A DNA stretch of 64,000 nt from assembly GCA_963809485.1 (NCBI GenBank), contig CAWEJX010000006.1:160001-224000 (forward strand). The letters run 5' to 3'. Shown piece after piece: positions 1-10,143 of this stretch. The notes under the pieces are model-generated. The model was not told the origin of the DNA. It saw only the letters and a program-made list of their open reading frames with translations, and did no database searches. Position numbers and translations under genes: made by a program. How positions within the stretch are numbered: the stretch's first letter is position 1; each line of letters opens with the position of its first letter. The stretch comes from an uncultured Acidobacteriota bacterium (GTDB taxonomy: Bacteria > Acidobacteriota > UBA6911).

Positions 1-1992
1 GGGGTGCCGTATGTTACCGATGGCCTGACAGCAGGTTTTCTTGGAGGAGGAAACGCGCTGTTCTCGATGTCGGGGCGAACCTTCAACGAGGCTTTCTGGA
101 ATCCAGGAACGCGCGCTGAATTGTCGCAGCAGGCGTATATCGGGCCGGACTCCGCTAATCCGGATGAGCATCCCTACGAGAGTGACTGGAATAACTTCGG
201 GCCTGCGGTAGGCTTTGCCTATCAGCTTCCATTCTGGGGCAAGGGCAAAACCACAATACGCGGCGGGTATCAGATGAGCTACATGCCGATTTCGCGGCTC
301 GATTCGCAGTTCGGGGCGTCAGGCGTCATCGGCAACGTGCCGGGTACCTATTACCCCAATACGTTTAGCGGAAACAGCACGAACGCCTTCCTCAGTATGG
401 CAAACGTTTCCAACTACATCCCCGTCCCTGTATATGCGGGATATGAAGCCGGAATGAAGATGATCCCCGTTTCACAGCGGGCTCGTACGGTATCGGTGTA
501 TGACCCCAATTTCAGAAATCCGTACGCTCAGACACTCACCTTGGCCGTAACCCGAAATATCACCTCGAATCTGACGATCGACGTCAAATACATCGGGACG
601 CTGAGCCGCAAGTCGCCCGGACAACAGAACCTGAATGCGGCAAACTTTCTCAAGAACGGGCTGAAGGATGCGTTCGATGCCGCCCGGAGAGGCGAGGACA
701 ACGTTCCCTTGCTGGATCAGATGCTGCAGGGCATAAACCTGGTGGCAGATCAATTCCCCTTCCAAAACTCGCATGGACCTGTAGGAACGATGGCTGGCGG
801 CGTTTTGCAGACCGGAGCGATGCATTTGCGCGCATCCACGTCTACTCAGGCAAACCTTGCCAACGGGGACTACGCGGCACTTGCCAACACTCTGGCCACC
901 TTGAACTACAGCAAGCAACAGTTCTTCCCCGGCGCCTATATGTATCCGGGCAACCAGAATCTTCCCGACATTCCCGATGGCGCAAACGGCGGCGTGCTCC
1001 GGTACAATAATTTCCCGGAGAATTTCATATACACGTCTCCGCAATTCAGCGCCGTGAACTACAGCGGAAACTTCAACCACGCCAACTATCACTCCATGCA
1101 GGCCCAGATAACGCTGCGGCCGACACACGGCCTCAGCGTCGTGGGAACATACACGTGGGCCAAAAACCTGGGCGTCAGCGGAGGGATTACTGACCCGCTT
1201 GACAGGGCGGCTGACTACACCCTATTGAGCGGCAGCCGTGCCCACACATTCATTGCCTATGGCTCGTACGATTTACCATTCGGTCCAAACAAGATGCTGT
1301 TCAGCGGGAGTTCCGGCGCCTTGGCGAGGATCGTTGAGGGCTGGCAGCTGAGCTGGATCTATAACTACTCCACCGGAAGTCCCCTGAGTGTCAATGCTCG
1401 AAGCGGGTTATACGGCAACGGCGTCCCGGACCTCGTCGATCCGTCCTTTGACACCAAATCCGCCCAATTGACCTGGTCGGCCAATGCGCCGTCGGGCAGC
1501 CTGTTCGGGATTGAAGGCGAGAATGTCACAGATTCCGTCTACGCAAAAAAAAGAGATCCGCAATGTGCCAACGTTACTGCGAAAGACGGCTTGAATGGGC
1601 AATGCACCCTTAATGCAATTGTTTTGGCCAGCGATCCCACTCACGTTATTTTCCAGAACCCGCAGCCCGGACAGCGAGGCAGCTTCGGGCGGAACAACCT
1701 TACGGGCCTGGGAATGTGGAGTGCTGACATAGCAATGAGCAAAAGGGTTCAGATTACGGAGAGCAAGAGCATCCAGGTTCGCGTGGATGCAAAAAACATA
1801 TTCAACCACCCCATGGCATCCTACGGCCAATTCAACTCGGGTGTCCGGATCGTGGTGCCGGGCGACGCATGGATGAACATGAACCCGACCTTCGACATGT
1901 CCACCTTTACCATGGCAGACTGGAACATCGGCTACTTCGACAGAAAAGTCGGGAACCGGACGTTCCAGGCCAAGATCCGATTAGATTTTTAG
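1..1992 (+). CDS. TonB-dependent receptor, Oar-like/acidobacterial type, C-terminal part (5' truncated by window)
   Basis: Motifs DWNNFGPAVGFAY, KTTIRGGY, NYHSMQ and RVDAKNIFNHP; C-terminal beta strand ending in Phe (KIRLDF). Confidence 0.9.
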   Translation, partial: GVPYVTDGLTAGFLGGGNALFSMSGRTFNEAFWNPGTRAELSQQAYIGPDSANPDEHPYESDWNNFGPAVGFAYQLPFWGKGKTTIRGGYQMSYMPISRLDSQFGASGVIGNVPGTYYPNTFSGNSTNAFLSMANVSNYIPVPVYAGYEAGMKMIPVSQRARTVSVYDPNFRNPYAQTLTLAVTRNITSNLTIDVKYIGTLSRKSPGQQNLNAANFLKNGLKDAFDAARRGEDNVPLLDQMLQGINLVADQFPFQNSHGPVGTMAGGVLQTGAMHLRASTSTQANLANGDYAALANTLATLNYSKQQFFPGAYMYPGNQNLPDIPDGANGGVLRYNNFPENFIYTSPQFSAVNYSGNFNHANYHSMQAQITLRPTHGLSVVGTYTWAKNLGVSGGITDPLDRAADYTLLSGSRAHTFIAYGSYDLPFGPNKMLFSGSSGALARIVEGWQLSWIYNYSTGSPLSVNARSGLYGNGVPDLVDPSFDTKSAQLTWSANAPSGSLFGIEGENVTDSVYAKKRDPQCANVTAKDGLNGQCTLNAIVLASDPTHVIFQNPQPGQRGSFGRNNLTGLGMWSADIAMSKRVQITESKSIQVRVDAKNIFNHPMASYGQFNSGVRIVVPGDAWMNMNPTFDMSTFTMADWNIGYFDRKVGNRTFQAKIRLDF

Positions 1993-2015
1993 ATCGGTTA
2001 ACCTGATTGCCAGCC

Positions 2016-2048
2016 AAGAGACTCCCCTGAGTTCTAGGGGAATCTCTT
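2016..2048 (+). terminator. Hairpin after the TonB receptor
   Basis: aagagactcccctga...ggggaatctctt imperfect inverted repeat. Confidence 0.4.
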
Positions 2049-2056
2049 CTGGAAAC

Positions 2057-2101
2057 AAAAAACGCCACGAATTATGCAGCGTAATTCGTGGCGCTTTTTT
2101 T
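2057..2101. terminator. Bidirectional intrinsic terminator
   Basis: A-tract, cgccacgaatta / taattcgtggcg stem, T-tract; lies between convergent genes. Confidence 0.8.
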
Positions 2102-2111
2102 CGATGCAGTG

Positions 2112-2888
2112 TTAGAACTCGGTTTTCCCCCCGATGGTCATCTTTTGCACTTTGAATTCCATGAAAGCTCTTCCGTCGCCCATCGTGTCGACGATCGGGT
2201 AGGCGAATTCCAGTTTAAGCGATTTGTCGTCCGGACCCAGGATAGGCTTTCCATCATACTGGCGTGGGAAAATGAACTGAAACTCGTGCTGGCCGCCCTG
2301 CGCGACGGCATACTGAGCAAGGGGAACCCTGACGCCCTTCGAGCTGATCAGATAAACGGAGTTTTTCAGCGTATCCGTCGTCCGGGATTGCCAATGGCGC
2401 GCCAGTTCCAGCTCATTTGTCTGGGAATTGGCCATATATGTCACGTGAACAACTATGGCATCCGGCGAACCGGCTGACAAAAACTCTTCAGCTCTCTTGT
2501 CGAGTTCCTGCTTCAACTCGGGAGATATACTGTCGTATTTTTGCGCGATCTGCATCTGGCGAACAATAGCCTGCCGGATCGGCGCCGCCGTTCGGAACTG
2601 AGCCTGGTATTTGACATAGGGCTGCTGCCCGCTGCCCATGGTGGCGTTTGCCGCGGTCTCCTGTGCCATGATCTCCACCTTGGTAAGCGTCAGAGTCTTG
2701 GCCCACGGCGAATCCTCGAGCATCTTGGCGCAGTCCTTCTGAGACCATTCCTTATATTGCTTTTTTTCCCAGAAATCGGCTCCAAGACACACCGCTGCGC
2801 CGGCAGTCAGCAACAGGCAAATGCCCAGAATTCTTTGCATTGCCGTCCCATTCAAAATTGCTGGAATCGATTTAAATAAATGTTTCAT
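2112..2888 (-). CDS. Conserved hypothetical exported protein
   Basis: Signal-peptide-like segment, then FWEKKQYKEWSQKDCAKMLEDSPWAK; GGAGAGG RBS before MKHLFK; start uncertain. Confidence 0.7.
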   Translation of the reverse strand: MKHLFKSIPAILNGTAMQRILGICLLLTAGAAVCLGADFWEKKQYKEWSQKDCAKMLEDSPWAKTLTLTKVEIMAQETAANATMGSGQQPYVKYQAQFRTAAPIRQAIVRQMQIAQKYDSISPELKQELDKRAEEFLSAGSPDAIVVHVTYMANSQTNELELARHWQSRTTDTLKNSVYLISSKGVRVPLAQYAVAQGGQHEFQFIFPRQYDGKPILGPDDKSLKLEFAYPIVDTMGDGRAFMEFKVQKMTIGGKTEF

Positions 2889-3082
2889 TTCCTCTCCCTG
2901 ATTCATTGCTTTAGTGTAAATGAGACGCATTTAATATAAATGTTACACGACTTATTAAATTTTTCACTATCCCGCACAAGAAAAAAGTTCTCCTCCAGGT
3001 TCCAGTGAGGACAGTGCTCCGGAGACCCGTCCCAACCACCAAGGAAAGGGGGAAAATTTGGTGCCGCTGCCGGACAAGAAAA

Positions 3083-4438
3083 TCAAAGGCCGTATTTCTG
3101 CATTTTTTCACGCAGCGTCTTGCGGTTGATTCCCAGGTATTCCGCCGCTTTCGTTTTATTGCCGTGAAACTGATTGAGCACACTCAGGATTTCGTTGCGT
3201 TCGAGGCGGGCAAGGCTGCCTCCGGCCGGCCTGCCGGATCGGGAAAAATCCGCCGGCCCGTAAGGCAGGTCTCTCATACCGATGGTTTTGCCTTCACAAG
3301 TCACGACAGCGAACTCCAGCGCATTGATCAGCTCGCGGACGTTGCCCGGCCATTCGCACCGTATCAGGAAACGCATCGCTTCGTCCGAAATGCCGAGCGC
3401 CGCGCGTTGTTTTTCAGCCGCGATTTTCTTGAGGTAATAATCGGCCAGAGCCGGTATGTCCTCGAGCCGCTCGCGCAGAGGCGGAACCGGAATGCGGATT
3501 ACATTCAGCCGGTAAAAGAGATCTTCGCGAAATCTGCCCTCGCGCAGAGCCTGTTCGAGGTCGCGGTTGGTGGCGGAAATGATGCGTACATCGATCTTCC
3601 GCCTGTGGGGGCTCCCTACCTTCGAGATTTCACGCTCCTGGACTGCGCGCAGCAGTTTCGCCTGCATATTGATGCTGATATTGGCGATTTCGTCGAGGAA
3701 TAGACTTCCTCCCTCAGCGAGCTCGATCTTTCCGGTGGCGTTTTCCACGGCGCCTGAGAAGGCACCCCTGACATGCCCGAACAGCTCGCTTTCGAAAAGG
3801 CTCTCGACCAGCGTTCCGCAATCGACCGTCACGAATCGCTTATCGGATCGGCGGCTCAGCCTGTGGATTGCCCGCGCCACCACTTCCTTGCCGACGCCCG
3901 TTTCACCGGTGATCAATACGGTGGAATCGACGGGCGCCGCCTTTTGGATGAGCCGCAGGACGCGGTTCATGGATTCGGACCGGCCGATAAGGACCTCGGA
4001 CAGCATCTTTCTCTCGAGCCCCTGACCGATGCAGGCATTCTCGAGCGCCATCCTTGCTGCATACCCGGCCTTCTCCACGAGCTCCATCAGACCTTCGGGC
4101 GTGAATGGTTTGGGAAGGTAGTCATAGGCTCCCAGTCTGACGGACTCCACAGCCGAATCGATCGTGGCTTCGCCGCTCATGACGATTACGGCCGTGTTCG
4201 GAGAATCCTGCCTGAGCCTCCTCAAAACCTCCATCCCGGACAAGCCCGGAACCGCAAGATCCAGCAAGGCAACATCAAACGATTCCTGGCGGGCCTTCAA
4301 CACCGCCTGTTCGCCGTTTTCTGCCAAAGCAAAGCTGAAACCGCCGGATTCGAGCGCGCGGCAGCAGTCGATGCGCTGGGATTCCTCTCCGTTGACGACG
4401 AGAACCTTGCCCCGCTGCAGCTGCCCGTTCTTCACCAT
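3083..4438 (-). CDS. Sigma-54-dependent NtrC-family response regulator
   Basis: REC domain, Walker A GETGVGKE, ESELFGH, GAFSGA, FREDLFYRL, WPGNVREL, Fis-type HTH. Confidence 0.95.
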   Translation of the reverse strand: MVKNGQLQRGKVLVVNGEESQRIDCCRALESGGFSFALAENGEQAVLKARQESFDVALLDLAVPGLSGMEVLRRLRQDSPNTAVIVMSGEATIDSAVESVRLGAYDYLPKPFTPEGLMELVEKAGYAARMALENACIGQGLERKMLSEVLIGRSESMNRVLRLIQKAAPVDSTVLITGETGVGKEVVARAIHRLSRRSDKRFVTVDCGTLVESLFESELFGHVRGAFSGAVENATGKIELAEGGSLFLDEIANISINMQAKLLRAVQEREISKVGSPHRRKIDVRIISATNRDLEQALREGRFREDLFYRLNVIRIPVPPLRERLEDIPALADYYLKKIAAEKQRAALGISDEAMRFLIRCEWPGNVRELINALEFAVVTCEGKTIGMRDLPYGPADFSRSGRPAGGSLARLERNEILSVLNQFHGNKTKAAEYLGINRKTLREKMQKYGL

Positions 4439-4462
4439 TTTTGATCGTCAATCGTCAATTGT

Positions 4463-4960
4463 TTACACCCGGACGTACTTTTCGCCTTTTATGCCGCAGA
4501 CCGGGCAGGCCGCAGGCGGCGCTCCAATCTCGATGTGGCCACATATGGGGCAGAGATAGACATTGGATTCGGCCAGATCCTTTCCCTGCGCGACAGCTTC
4601 AAGCGCTTTCTTATAGAGCTGAGCGTGGACCTCCTCAACCAGTTTGGCAAAGGCCAGCATACGCTTGCCCTTGTGATTTTCCGCCTGGGCGGCCTCGACC
4701 ATGGGAGGGTACATGACCGTATATTCGTGCGTTTCACCCTCGATCGCCGCGCGCAGGTTGTCGGCCGTAGACTTGATGCCGTCCATGGCGCTCAGGTGCG
4801 CCGCAGCATGAATGGCCTCGGCTTCCGCCGCTGTCCGGAACAGGCGGGCAACATTGACAAATCCCTCCTGTTCTGCCTTTTTGGCAAACGCCATATATTT
4901 GCGATTGGCCTGGCTTTCGCCGGCGTAAGCTTCCTTCAGATTGGCCTCAGTCTTCGACAC
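4463..4960 (-). CDS. rbr: Rubrerythrin
   Basis: GESQANRKY, ExxH di-iron motifs, C-terminal CPICG...CPVCG; GTG start after AAGGAGG. Confidence 0.95.
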   Translation of the reverse strand: MSKTEANLKEAYAGESQANRKYMAFAKKAEQEGFVNVARLFRTAAEAEAIHAAAHLSAMDGIKSTADNLRAAIEGETHEYTVMYPPMVEAAQAENHKGKRMLAFAKLVEEVHAQLYKKALEAVAQGKDLAESNVYLCPICGHIEIGAPPAACPVCGIKGEKYVRV

Positions 4961-4999
4961 GATTCCTCCTTTCAATATCCGCTGACCCTAAATTCGTAA

Positions 5000-6154
5000 T
5001 TACATTGGAGCCGTCATTTTTCGGTCGTTCGTTATATAAAAGAAGTACCTCACATCGTCGAACAATCGGTTTTCGCCCTTTTCGACAGTGAGATTTTTCC
5101 GGACGACGACCATCCGGTACGTCTTGTTGCAATGGGCGGGACGGTAATCGAATTCCGCGACGTGTTCGCTCTGGAGGCGGATGTTTTTGAACTCCCTTTC
5201 TTTGACTACTTTTTCCTTAACGTTTTCCGGTCGATCCCGCCCTTCCGTTTTCACCTTGTAGCGCGCAGGCCGTTGGAGCGGCTTCCAGAGGCTCTTGGGC
5301 AGGGCATCTGCCATCGCGATAAGATTCGGCTTGGCATCATAACCAAAGACAAATCCGACTCTTTCATCCCAACGATCAAAGTTGTGGGTGAGAGAAAAAT
5401 CGGTATCTCCCCGGAGCCATACTTTTTTGAAAACCGGAGTGACCCGATCGATCGCCAGATCCATCCATTCGGCCGCTCCATCAGAGGAGGGACGGCTGCC
5501 CGGTCGGTTCACCAGATAGAGCACCTCATTGGTATTGGCCAGCGTCACGATCAGCGGCGCGTATCCCCAGATCCCGTTATAGGCAATGTCCATCCCCTCC
5601 TTGCATTCGCCCGTGGTCCCGGCAATGGTGCCGTCGACATCGATAATGGCTTCTTTGCGGAACGAAGACTCCTGCATCTCCCAGACCTTCGCTCTCGTTT
5701 CGTTGATCGTTTCTTGCAGAGCCAAGATCCAGGTCTCATCCTCAAAACGGCGCAGAAAATCTCCGGCCGTTGTCGGATCCGGGATCCTTTCGGCGTCCAG
5801 CGCATTCATATAGGTTTCATCGTTGCGCAGTCGCTCGATGTCTTCCAAGCAGGTGCCGCCGGTGAGGACGTTGTAGGCGATATTCAGAACATGGTCCGAT
5901 TCCCAGTAAGGGACATGGACCTTCAGCAGCACGATGTTTTTGTTGATTGCCCTGTCCAATCCCAGTTTACACACCAGTTTGTGCAGGGCGCCGATTCCAC
6001 CGAAACCGATGGCCCGGCTTCTTTCTGCGATCTGGTAGCGGATGTTGGAATCCTTGAACATGGAATCGGGCTGATCATCGTACTGTTTTCTTACCAGCCG
6101 CGTCTCCAGATTTTGCTTGTCACGGAGGTAGATTTTGTGGTCTCTTTTATTCAC
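5000..6154 (-). pseudogene. IS1380-family transposase, C-terminally truncated
   Basis: IPDPTTAGDFLRRF, IDVDGT, LRGDTDF, YFFYITN; frame stops before the segment expected to carry the catalytic Glu. Confidence 0.85.
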
Positions 6155-6270
6155 CTGAAATGTGCTCCTTTTGGTTGTATTGGTTACTTGCAAGTTCCTA
6201 TTATAACCAATAGCGATGCACATTTCAGGACTATTTTCAAGTTTTCTCAACAAATCACGCTGGCTTAAGG
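5009..6270 (-). mobile_element. Partial IS1380 element (left end at 6270, right end lost)
   Basis: Minus strand begins CCTTAAGCC, a CC-initial IS1380-like end; abuts the right-end fragment of the IS200-derived element. Confidence 0.65.
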
Positions 6271-6335
6271 ACTAGTCCAACCGCTTTGAGCGGTTCCAAT
6301 CTTTCAAGCCTCCGGCTTTGCCGGAGGTACCTGAC
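6271..6335 (+). mobile_element. Right-end remnant of IS200/IS605-derived non-autonomous element (copy A)
   Basis: ccaaccgctttgagcggtt...aagcctccggctttgccggaggtacctgac matches the 3' ends of the copies at 9241, 32267 and 53672. Confidence 0.8.
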
Positions 6336-6352
6336 TCGTCATTCGTAACTCG

Positions 6353-7462
6353 TCATTTTAACAGCCTGTCCGGCGCCATAACGGCAGCCGCCGGCTGGCT
6401 GCTATTTCCTTCAACAATCCAATCGGCTGCCAGGTTTCCGATGAAAGGAGCACAGGTTATTCCGTGTCCGCCCAGGCCCGCAACCCAGAATAGCCCTTGC
6501 AGGCGCGGGTCTCTGCCGATCACGAACATTTCGTCGGGTGCAAACGTGCGCATCCCGGCCCAGGCCCTTGCAACCCGCGCATCCGCCAGAGTAGGCAGCC
6601 ATCGGGCTGCCTTGGCGGCGATGCGCTCCAGCTCCTCGTTATCGGTGTTTTCTCCCTGGGCTACGACAACTTTGACTGCATCGCAGCCGCTCATCAGCAA
6701 CCCGCCGCTCTCCGGCCGGAAATAAAACTCATCCCCCACCACCCAGATAACGGGCCACCGCGGATTTACCTGATCCAGGGGTTCAGTGATGAGCAGGTGC
6801 CGCCGGTGCGGCGTGAACGGCAAGGAATAGCCGCTGAACGTGTCCGACAGGGATGCCCAGCCCCCGTTGGCGACAACAACCTTCGAGGCTTCCACAAATC
6901 CGTCGCTGGTTTCCACTCCAATGACCCGGCCGTCGCGTGTCTTGAGTTGCCTGAATTCGCAGTTGAAGCGCAATTGCGCACCATTGCTGCAGGCGCCGCG
7001 AATGAACGCCTGCAGGATGGCATGGACATCGAGAACGCCGTCGTCAGGCTTGAAAGCGGTGGAAACAAGCCCCGGTCCCAGCACGGGAATCCTCTGGTAA
7101 ACCTTCTCCGCGTCACCCCGTTCCAGCACAGCCTCGGGATTGGCGTCACACCATGCTTTCAGCGTTTGGGCGTGCTCGGCGCGCGCGGTCAGGCAGACTC
7201 CTATGGGATCCACGAGTGGCTCGGACGCAAAACCTTCGGGAGGATGATAGTAAAATTCCGCACACTGGCGGGCAATCCGGTTCAGCAGCGGATTGGGGAT
7301 CATGGTCCGCAAAATCGCGGCATTGCGCCCGGTCGATTGGGCACCGGCTATCTTTCCCTTTTCCAGCAGAACGATATTGCTTAATCCCCTGCGCGCCACG
7401 AAATATGCGGTAGATGCCCCGGCCATGCCGGCGCCGATCACGACAACTCGATCATCACTCAT
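6353..7462 (-). CDS. FAD-dependent oxidoreductase, DadA/sarcosine oxidase family
   Basis: VVIGAGMAG, STGRNAA, WAGMRTFAPD, GLGGHGIT. Confidence 0.9.
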   Translation of the reverse strand: MSDDRVVVIGAGMAGASTAYFVARRGLSNIVLLEKGKIAGAQSTGRNAAILRTMIPNPLLNRIARQCAEFYYHPPEGFASEPLVDPIGVCLTARAEHAQTLKAWCDANPEAVLERGDAEKVYQRIPVLGPGLVSTAFKPDDGVLDVHAILQAFIRGACSNGAQLRFNCEFRQLKTRDGRVIGVETSDGFVEASKVVVANGGWASLSDTFSGYSLPFTPHRRHLLITEPLDQVNPRWPVIWVVGDEFYFRPESGGLLMSGCDAVKVVVAQGENTDNEELERIAAKAARWLPTLADARVARAWAGMRTFAPDEMFVIGRDPRLQGLFWVAGLGGHGITCAPFIGNLAADWIVEGNSSQPAAAVMAPDRLLK

Positions 7463-7574
7463 AGGAAGCAACCTTTCAATGTTCCTGTCAGGGCGCAGCG
7501 CTAGCCTGCGGCCATATGAAGCCGGCATGATACCACCGGCAGCAGAAGAGTCCAACTGCGATCAAAAAGGGAAC

Positions 7575-7797
7575 GAGGATCAGAGGGGTCGAGGATCAGA
7601 GGGATCGAGGATCAGAGGATCAAAGGATCAAAGGGATCTGAGGGATCGAGGATTTAAGTATCAAAGAGCAAAGGGGGCGAGGATCAAAGCGGCAAACAGA
7701 TGATTGGTGACAGGGAGTGCCCTATATCCAACCTGATCCCTATACCCCTCTGTCCACTCAATCCCATATTTTTTTAACCCTCTGATCCTCTGACCCC
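7575..7797. repeat. Degenerate (A/G)AGGATC tandem repeats with an inverted counterpart
   Basis: About ten gaggatc/agggatc units at 7575-7690; gatccc/gatcctct units at about 7735-7797. Confidence 0.7.
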
Positions 7798-7850
7798 GTT
7801 CCCCCAGCATCCTGATAGCAGCCCCACCCGAGGCGCAGCCCAATATCCTG

Positions 7851-7856
7851 TATAAT
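7851..7856 (+). promoter_or_regulatory. Perfect -10 box immediately before a start codon (possible leaderless mRNA)
   Basis: TATAAT, 6 nt, ATG at 7863; no Shine-Dalgarno between them. Confidence 0.45.
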
Positions 7857-7862
7857 GAAAAA

Positions 7863-8675
7863 ATGCAGGTCCTGATGGAGTTCATGGAGCATTTTGGCAT
7901 CCGCCCGGGCGGACCTCCGCGGCAGTTGCTCGAAAATGTGGTTACGGCTTTTGCCGGTCTGCCCTATGAAAATATCACCAAGATAATCAAGCGGGCAGAG
8001 GCCGGAAGCCCCGATAAAGCCAGGCGCTACCCGGAAGAAGTAATCCGGAATCACATCGACTGGGGAGCCGGCGGAACCTGTTTTTCGCTCACATCGGCGC
8101 TCATGCATCTGGTGCGCTGCCTCGGCTGGCAAGCGGAATATATCCTGGCCGACAGACGCTATGGGCAGAATACGCATTGTGCGCTGCTGGTGTGGGTGGA
8201 GGATGATCCTCATCTGCTGGATCCCGGATTCCTCATCGTCCGGCCGATACCGCTCTCCGGAGTCCCCGTTCGGAGCATCGATACCGGAGTCAATCGCCTC
8301 ATAATCGCGGCGGGAGAGCGCGCAGACCGGGTTTCCCTTTCCACCCTGCGTGATGGCGCCGAAACCTACCGCCTGACTTACAAAACGAATCCCGTGGATC
8401 AGGGGGAGTTCTTACGGGCATGGGATGCATCCTTCGGCTGGGAGATGATGCGGTATCCGCTTTTGACGCGCAATGCGGGCGCGGAGCAGATTTACCTCAG
8501 AGGGTCCAGGCTTCAGATCACCAGAACCGGTTTCGTTGAGAGTTCTGAGATTGCCGGTGAAAACCTGGCTGCGAGAATTGCCTCTGAATTCCGCTTGAAT
8601 CCATCGTTGATCCGTCAGGCCTTTTCCATTTTGGCGGAGAGGGGGGAAATGCATGGCAAAAGCTCAGGACGCTGA
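7863..8675 (+). CDS. Arylamine N-acetyltransferase family protein
   Basis: LPYENI, GGTCF (Cys), HCAL (His), LLDPG (Asp) triad. Confidence 0.85.
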   Translation: MQVLMEFMEHFGIRPGGPPRQLLENVVTAFAGLPYENITKIIKRAEAGSPDKARRYPEEVIRNHIDWGAGGTCFSLTSALMHLVRCLGWQAEYILADRRYGQNTHCALLVWVEDDPHLLDPGFLIVRPIPLSGVPVRSIDTGVNRLIIAAGERADRVSLSTLRDGAETYRLTYKTNPVDQGEFLRAWDASFGWEMMRYPLLTRNAGAEQIYLRGSRLQITRTGFVESSEIAGENLAARIASEFRLNPSLIRQAFSILAERGEMHGKSSGR

Positions 8676-9186
8676 TCCCGTCAAGCTTTTCGTTGCCGTG
8701 CTCTGGGCCCGCCCGGAAGCGCTGCAGAACGCGATGGCCGAGTTGATCTCCCACTGGGGGGAGATCGACTTCAGCGGCTCGGATCACCCTTTCGACGCTA
8801 CCGATTATTACGAGCCCGAGATGGGCAGGGATCTGAATCGCCGACTGGTGTCTTTTCTTCATCTGGTGCCGCCGGAAAGCCTGTGCCAGGCAAAGCATAT
8901 CTGCAATGAGATAGAGGACCGCCTCTCCGGAGGAAAGGGGCGGCTGGTGAATCTGGACATCGGATACCTGGACCACAACAAAATCGTCCTCGCCAGCTTC
9001 AAAAGCGCCGGGCAGAAAATATTCCTGGGCAATGGAGTTTGGGCCGACCTGGTCGCGCGCTACCGCGAAGGGAAATATCGGCCTTTTGAGTGGACTTTTC
9101 CCGATTTTCGCGACGACCGCTACGGTACGGAATTGCTTAGGATACGCTGGACCTATCTGGGGCAAATACGGGAAAAAATGACCTAG
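8653..9186 (+). CDS. DUF4416 family protein
   Basis: TDYYEPEMG, RLVNLDIGYL, FEWTFPDF. Confidence 0.85.
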   Translation: MAKAQDADPVKLFVAVLWARPEALQNAMAELISHWGEIDFSGSDHPFDATDYYEPEMGRDLNRRLVSFLHLVPPESLCQAKHICNEIEDRLSGGKGRLVNLDIGYLDHNKIVLASFKSAGQKIFLGNGVWADLVARYREGKYRPFEWTFPDFRDDRYGTELLRIRWTYLGQIREKMT

Positions 9187-9240
9187 CTCCATTCAGTCCA
9201 TTTTGGATAAAATCCTGCATTTTGCAATTTGTGTAATTAC

Positions 9241-9635
9241 ATTGGTAAATCCCCGGTTCTGCCGGGGGACTCAAAGAGTTTGACAGCTCCGTATTTTGAA
9301 ACGCTGAGAAACGCTGATAAAAGCGCTGACAAACGCCGATTTGTTCGGCGTGGGTCGGCGAGCAAAAGCCGATGAGGCGCTTCCGATGGAGTTTTCTGCG
9401 GCGGCACTGTGGCAAACGCCCGGTTTCTCATACCCTTCATCTCCTTGCCTCACGGCGCTTGCCACAGTGCCGCCGCAGAAAACTGTCCAGCGCGGAGCGC
9501 TGGCCCCTGCGGGGATCGGAAGCGCCTCATCGGCTTTTGCCCGCGTAAGTCAGCGTTCAAGACCGGCGTAACTCCTCCAACCGCTTTGAGCGGTTCAAAT
9601 CTTTCAAGCATCCGGCCTTGCCGAAGGTGCCTGAC
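9241..9635 (+). mobile_element. IS200/IS605-derived non-autonomous element (copy B, with nested palindromic insert)
   Basis: Follows TTAC; left hairpin ccccgg..gccggggg-actcaaagagtttgac; right end ccgctttgagcgg plus hairpin plus ctgac; no transposase. Confidence 0.8.
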
Positions 9636-9666
9636 TCCGGGATTTTTGCAGCGTCAAATAATAATT

Positions 9667-9940
9667 AGGGGCTCCGGTCGAGGGTGATCGGAGCCCCTTG
9701 TTCGCAGCAGGCTTTATTGGCGGGAACGGTCTCACGGGGATGAGACCGCCGTTTGGGATGGGTGTTTGCTCGCGCTCCTTGAATTATCTGGCGTGGGGGT
9801 ATTCTTCGCTGCCGGCCCCCCCTATCTTTGCCGGGAACGGAGGATGATCCCCCACAACTCGTTATCTGCGAAGGGATTAACCTTCGCATCATGATGACCG
9901 GTGGCGTGCCGGCATTCCCACAATTGCCATGCCGGCACGC
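9667..9940. ncRNA. Candidate structured RNA (cluster of 4-5 hairpins)
   Basis: Stems aggggctcc/ggagcccct, cggtctca/tgagaccg, tgcgaagg/ccttcgca, gcgtgccggcat/atgccggcacgc in a long intergenic region. Confidence 0.3.
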
Positions 9941-10143
9941 TTCCTGCTTTAGCCTTTGGATCTACCTGCTCAGGAAGAACCTGTTGCTGCCTTCAGCTCT
10001 TTTCTGAAACAGGTTCCGTTCCAACAAACAACTTATTATGATAGCCATTTAAGACCTTCTGCCTCAATTAAACAATTCGTGCAAATACCCATTTCAACAT
10101 GGGTAGAAGTACTCATCGGACCGCTCCTGCGCATGGACCTGAC

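Noticed and set aside
7575-7797. CRISPR array
   Set aside because: Units are degenerate 7-9-mers without unique spacers, and there are no cas genes in the window
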